This document shows, one piece after another, positions 27,193 to 32,000 of a DNA stretch of 32,000 nucleotides. The notes beneath the pieces were generated by a model. It made no database searches and was not told the DNA's origin. It saw nothing but the letters and a program-made list of their open reading frames with translations. Source of the DNA: Pseudomonas aeruginosa. Its GTDB lineage: Bacteria; Pseudomonadota; Gammaproteobacteria; Pseudomonadales; Pseudomonadaceae. The DNA lies in NCBI RefSeq assembly GCF_001457615.1, contig NZ_LN831024.1:4680001-4712000 (forward strand), in the 5' to 3' direction. The position numbers and the translations under genes were made by a program. The stretch's first letter is position 1; every line of letters starts with the position of its first letter.

Positions 27193-28296
27193 ATGAACGT
27201 GCTTTTCGAAGAACGCCCGAGCCTGCATGGCTTCCGCATCGGCATTGCCACCCTGGATGCGGAAAAGAGTCTGAACGCCCTGTCCCTGCCGATGATCGAG
27301 GCCCTGGCGGCGAAACTCGACGCCTGGGCCGAGGACGCCGGCATCGCCTGCGTGCTGTTGCGCGGCAACGGCGCCAAGGCCTTTTGCGCCGGCGGCGACG
27401 TGCGCAAGCTGGTGGACGCCTGCCGCGAGCAACCCGGCGAGGTACCGGCCCTGGCGCGACGCTTCTTCGCCGATGAATACCGCCTCGACTACCGCATCCA
27501 TACCTACCCGAAACCCTTCATCTGCTGGGCCCACGGCTATGTGATGGGTGGCGGCATGGGGCTGATGCAGGGTGCCGGGATTCGCATCGTCACCCCGTCC
27601 AGCCGCCTGGCGATGCCGGAGATCGGCATCGGCCTGTACCCAGACGTCGGCGCCAGCTGGTTCCTCGCCCGCCTGCCCGGCAGGCTCGGCCTGTTCCTCG
27701 GCCTGAGCGCGGCGCAGATGAACGCCCGCGACGCTCTCGACCTCGACCTGGCCGACCGCTTCCTTCTCGACGACCAGCAGGACGCCCTGCTCGCCGGCCT
27801 GGTGCAGATGAACTGGAACGAGTCGCCCCAGGTGCAACTTCACAGCCTGCTTCGCGCCCTCGAACACGAGGCCCGCGGCGAACTGCCGGAGGCCCAGTTG
27901 CTCCCGCGCCGGCCGCGCCTGGACGCACTGCTCGACCAGCCGGACCTGGCGAGCGCCTGGCAGGCGCTGGTGGCGCTGCGCGACGACGCCGACCCGCTGC
28001 TTGCGCGTGGCGCGAAGACCCTGGCCGAGGGCTGCCCGATGACCGCGCATCTGGTCTGGCAGCAGATCGAGCGTGCGCGCTACCTGTCGCTGGCCGAGGT
28101 GTTCCGCCTGGAATACGCCATGAGCCTGAACTGCACGCGCCATCCGGACTTCGCCGAGGGGGTACGCGCAAGGCTGATCGATCGCGACAACGCACCGAAC
28201 TGGCATTGGCCGCAGGTGGAATCGATCCCGCAGGCGGTGATCGAGGCGCACTTCGAGCCGACCTGGGAGGGCGAGCATCCGCTGGCGGGGCTCTGA
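27193..28296 (+). CDS. 3-hydroxyisobutyryl-CoA hydrolase-type crotonase (ECH_2)
   Basis: 367 aa from MNVLFEERPSLHG. Long crotonase with a C-terminal extension, motif GYVMGGGMGLMQGAGIRIVT. Confidence 0.85.
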   Translation: MNVLFEERPSLHGFRIGIATLDAEKSLNALSLPMIEALAAKLDAWAEDAGIACVLLRGNGAKAFCAGGDVRKLVDACREQPGEVPALARRFFADEYRLDYRIHTYPKPFICWAHGYVMGGGMGLMQGAGIRIVTPSSRLAMPEIGIGLYPDVGASWFLARLPGRLGLFLGLSAAQMNARDALDLDLADRFLLDDQQDALLAGLVQMNWNESPQVQLHSLLRALEHEARGELPEAQLLPRRPRLDALLDQPDLASAWQALVALRDDADPLLARGAKTLAEGCPMTAHLVWQQIERARYLSLAEVFRLEYAMSLNCTRHPDFAEGVRARLIDRDNAPNWHWPQVESIPQAVIEAHFEPTWEGEHPLAGL

Positions 28297-28407
28297 TCCG
28301 CCGCGCCGCCCTCTGCCGAAGGAGGGCGCGGGCCCGCCACGTCCATAGCGTCTAAGCTGTTTCACAGCATCCCCAAGAGGCCTCGCGGCCGCCACAGGAG
28401 GAGCTCC

Positions 28408-29304
28408 ATGAAACAGATCGCCTTCATCGGCCTCGGCCACATGGGCGCGCCGATGGCCACCAACCTGCTCAAGGCCGGCTACCTGCTGAACGTCTTCGAC
28501 CTGGTGCAGAGCGCCGTCGACGGCCTGGTCGCCGCCGGCGCCAGCGCCGCCCGCAGCGCCCGCGACGCGGTGCAGGGCGCCGACGTGGTCATCAGCATGC
28601 TGCCGGCCAGCCAGCACGTCGAAGGCCTGTACCTCGACGACGATGGCCTGCTCGCGCACATCGCCCCCGGCACCCTGGTGCTGGAATGCTCGACCATCGC
28701 CCCGACCTCGGCGCGCAAGGTCCACGCCGCCGCCCGCGAGCGCGGCCTGGCGATGCTCGACGCGCCGGTGTCCGGCGGCACTGCCGGCGCGGCAGCCGGC
28801 ACCCTGACCTTCATGGTCGGCGGCGACGCCGAAGCCCTGGAGAAGGCCCGGCCGCTGTTCGAGGCCATGGGTCGCAACATCTTCCATGCCGGCCCCGACG
28901 GCGCCGGCCAGGTGGCCAAGGTGTGCAACAACCAGCTCCTCGCGGTGCTGATGATCGGTACCGCAGAAGCCATGGCCCTGGGCGTGGCCAACGGCCTCGA
29001 CGCGAAGGTGCTGGCCGAGATCATGCGCCGCAGCTCCGGTGGCAACTGGGCGCTGGAAGTCTACAACCCCTGGCCGGGGGTGATGGAGAACGCTCCGGCG
29101 TCGCGCGACTACAGCGGCGGCTTCATGGCCCAGTTGATGGCCAAGGACCTCGGGCTGGCCCAGGAAGCCGCCCAGGCCAGCGCCAGCAGCACGCCGATGG
29201 GCAGCCTGGCGCTGAGCCTGTACCGTCTGCTGCTGAAGCAGGGCTATGCGGAGCGGGACTTTTCCGTGGTGCAGAAATTGTTCGATCCGACCCAAGGCCA
29301 ATAG
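28408..29304 (+). CDS. 3-hydroxyisobutyrate dehydrogenase family (beta-hydroxyacid dehydrogenase)
   Basis: 298 aa with the N-terminal Rossmann motif IAFIGLGHMGAPMATNL. MmsB-like throughout, with a GGAGGAG SD. Confidence 0.92.
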   Translation: MKQIAFIGLGHMGAPMATNLLKAGYLLNVFDLVQSAVDGLVAAGASAARSARDAVQGADVVISMLPASQHVEGLYLDDDGLLAHIAPGTLVLECSTIAPTSARKVHAAARERGLAMLDAPVSGGTAGAAAGTLTFMVGGDAEALEKARPLFEAMGRNIFHAGPDGAGQVAKVCNNQLLAVLMIGTAEAMALGVANGLDAKVLAEIMRRSSGGNWALEVYNPWPGVMENAPASRDYSGGFMAQLMAKDLGLAQEAAQASASSTPMGSLALSLYRLLLKQGYAERDFSVVQKLFDPTQGQ

Positions 29305-29360
29305 ACAGGCAGGCGGGTCCGCGCCCAGGCTGGTCGATTCGACGATGCGAGGAGCCCGCC

Positions 29361-30005
29361 TTGAACGCCCTGCTGCTGCGTTACCGTTTCCGCCTGCTGT
29401 TCTTTTCCACCGTGCTGTTCACGGCGATCCTCGGCCTGCCGTCGAGCACCAAGCCACGGGTGCTCGGCAGCCTCCTGCTGCTGGTGCTGGCCGGGATGAA
29501 CACCTTGCGCAGACGCAGTCCGCTGGTCTACCTGACGGCCTTCTTCGGCCTGTTCAGCCTGGCCCTGTACACCACTGCGGACTTCAGCAGTCCCTACTCC
29601 AGCCTGCCGCCCGGCCTGCTGCGCGGGCTGAGCCTGATCCTGCTGTACCTGACCCTGTTCGCCGCGCTGTTCCGCCGCGTCACCCAGGAGCGCCCGGTGA
29701 CCCACGAGCTGCTCTACGGACTCTGCGCGCTCTACCTGCAGATGGCGCTGGCCTTCGCTCTCGCCTACTACATGGTCGAACAGATGCAGCCGGCCAGCTT
29801 CATCGCCAGCCATGGCGCACTCGGCCTGGATACCTTCGTCTACTACAGCCTGGTGACCCTGACCACCGTGGGCTACGGCGACATCCAGGCGATCAACCCG
29901 CTGGCGCGCCTGCTGGCCGGCAGCGAAGGAGTGATCGGGGTCCTGTTCATCGCCCTCGCCGTGGCCCGCAGCCTGACCCTGATGAGCGACAGCGAGGAGG
30001 TCTGA
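29361..30005 (+). CDS. Small K+ channel-like membrane protein (pore signature TVGYGD)
   Basis: 214 aa if started at TTG 29361 (GAGGAG 6 nt upstream, no in-frame ATG or GTG nearby). Several N-terminal TM segments, then TM, pore helix, TLTTVGYGD, TM. No cytoplasmic ligand or RCK domain. An alternative ATG at 29496 would remove two TM segments. Confidence 0.75.
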   Translation: MNALLLRYRFRLLFFSTVLFTAILGLPSSTKPRVLGSLLLLVLAGMNTLRRRSPLVYLTAFFGLFSLALYTTADFSSPYSSLPPGLLRGLSLILLYLTLFAALFRRVTQERPVTHELLYGLCALYLQMALAFALAYYMVEQMQPASFIASHGALGLDTFVYYSLVTLTTVGYGDIQAINPLARLLAGSEGVIGVLFIALAVARSLTLMSDSEEV

Positions 30006-30120
30006 TTATTAAGCTGGGCTAACGAGTGCATCCCCCGCGCAGCGGTTTATCCCGGCGAGCGCAGGGCGGATGATGCTGATCGACGCCGCTCTGCGGCATT
30101 TCTCGAACGGAAGGTGCAGC

Positions 30121-30762
30121 ATGAAAATCGCCCTGATCGGCGCCACCGGCCACGTCGGCCACTATTTCCTCAACGAAGCCCTGCAACGCGGCCACGCGGT
30201 GACCGCCCTGGTCCGCGACCCGGGCAAGCTGGCGGCGCGCGACGGCCTCTGCGTAGTGCAGGCGGACGTCAGCGACCCGGCCCAGGTGGCCAGCGCCGTG
30301 GCAGGCCACGAGGTGGTCATCAGCGCTTTCAACGGCGGCTGGGGTAGCGCCGACCTCCGCGCCCGCCACGCCGCCGGCAGCCAGGCCATTCTCGACGGCG
30401 TGAAACGCTCCGGCGTGCCGCGCCTGCTGGTTCTCGGCGGCGCCGGGAGCCTGGAGATCGCCCCCGGCCAGCGCCTGGTGGACAGCCCGGAATTCCCCGA
30501 GCAGTGGAAGCAGGGCGCCCTCGGCGCCGCCGACGCCCTCGACCAACTGCGCGGCGAGCAACGACTGGACTGGGTGTTCCTCAGCCCGGCGATGCTCCTC
30601 GAACCCGGCCAGCGCAGCGGCAAGTTCCGCCTCGGCGGCGACCAGGTCCTGTTCGACGCCAAGGGCGAGAGCCGGATTTCCCTGGAAGACCTGGCGGTAG
30701 CCATGCTCGACGAGGCCGAGCAGCCCCGTCATCATCGCCAGCGCTTCACCGTGGCCTACTGA
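30121..30762 (+). CDS. NAD(P)H-binding NmrA/atypical-SDR-like protein (putative NADH-flavin reductase type)
   Basis: 213 aa from MKIALIGATGHVGHYFLNEALQRGHAVTALVR (glycine-rich Rossmann motif), with a GGAAGG SD. Confidence 0.85.
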   Translation: MKIALIGATGHVGHYFLNEALQRGHAVTALVRDPGKLAARDGLCVVQADVSDPAQVASAVAGHEVVISAFNGGWGSADLRARHAAGSQAILDGVKRSGVPRLLVLGGAGSLEIAPGQRLVDSPEFPEQWKQGALGAADALDQLRGEQRLDWVFLSPAMLLEPGQRSGKFRLGGDQVLFDAKGESRISLEDLAVAMLDEAEQPRHHRQRFTVAY

Positions 30763-30769
30763 AAAGACC

Positions 30770-30790
30770 AGGCGCCCCTCTCGGGCGCCT
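30770..30790. terminator. Shared hairpin between convergent genes (NmrA-like gene and sdsA1)
   Basis: AGGCGCCC-ctctc-GGGCGCCT. On the minus strand it is followed by GGTCTTTTC; on the plus strand by TCGTCGTC, a poor U tract. Confidence 0.55.
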
Positions 30791-30796
30791 TCGTCG

Positions 30797-32000
<1,204 letters not shown>

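Noticed and set aside
29246-30022. A 258-aa ATG-initiated ORF overlapping the K+ channel gene in another frame.
   Set aside because: Its product is an Arg/Pro/Ala-rich low-complexity sequence. The other frame gives clean TM helices and a perfect TVGYGD filter with a strong SD.

Overview
High-GC (roughly two-thirds G+C by eye) Pseudomonas aeruginosa-type core chromosome, in the opposite orientation to PAO1 numbering (from memory, about PA0771 era down to PA0740 sdsA1; locus tags not verified). Gene order: era (5' part), rnc, a small membrane ORF, lepB, lepA; mucD-mucC-mucB-mucA-algU (envelope-stress/alginate sigma-E cluster, mucA full length); nadB; ygfX-like and sdhE; ygfZ; a stand-alone HDOD gene; tctE-tctD; opdH-tctC-tctB-tctA plus a coupled AbrB-family membrane gene; ung; a VanW-domain gene; an AraC/MmsR-like regulator; a five-gene distal-valine-catabolism-type operon that contains dspI; a mini K+ channel; an NmrA-like reductase; sdsA1 (3' part). 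I support 33 CDS plus several promoters, terminators and operator-like repeats. I saw no tRNA, rRNA, CRISPR, IS element, integrase, phage or defence-type genes, and no compositional island. I do not see a convincing novel multi-gene system; this looks like conserved housekeeping and catabolic DNA. The items most worth a second look are small. They are a 15-bp direct repeat at 21-bp spacing in the AraC/aldehyde-dehydrogenase divergent region, a tandem 11-bp repeat upstream of opdH (candidate TctD box), an identical A-rich AAnAAnAA motif ahead of the opdH and tctC ribosome-binding sites, the sdhE/ygfX-like pair whose 3' end overlaps nadB convergently, a TVGYGD mini K+ channel with a TTG start, and a cytoplasmic-looking VanW-domain protein. 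The many long antisense ORFs in the six-frame track are high-GC shadow frames. Coordinates of short motifs were counted by hand.
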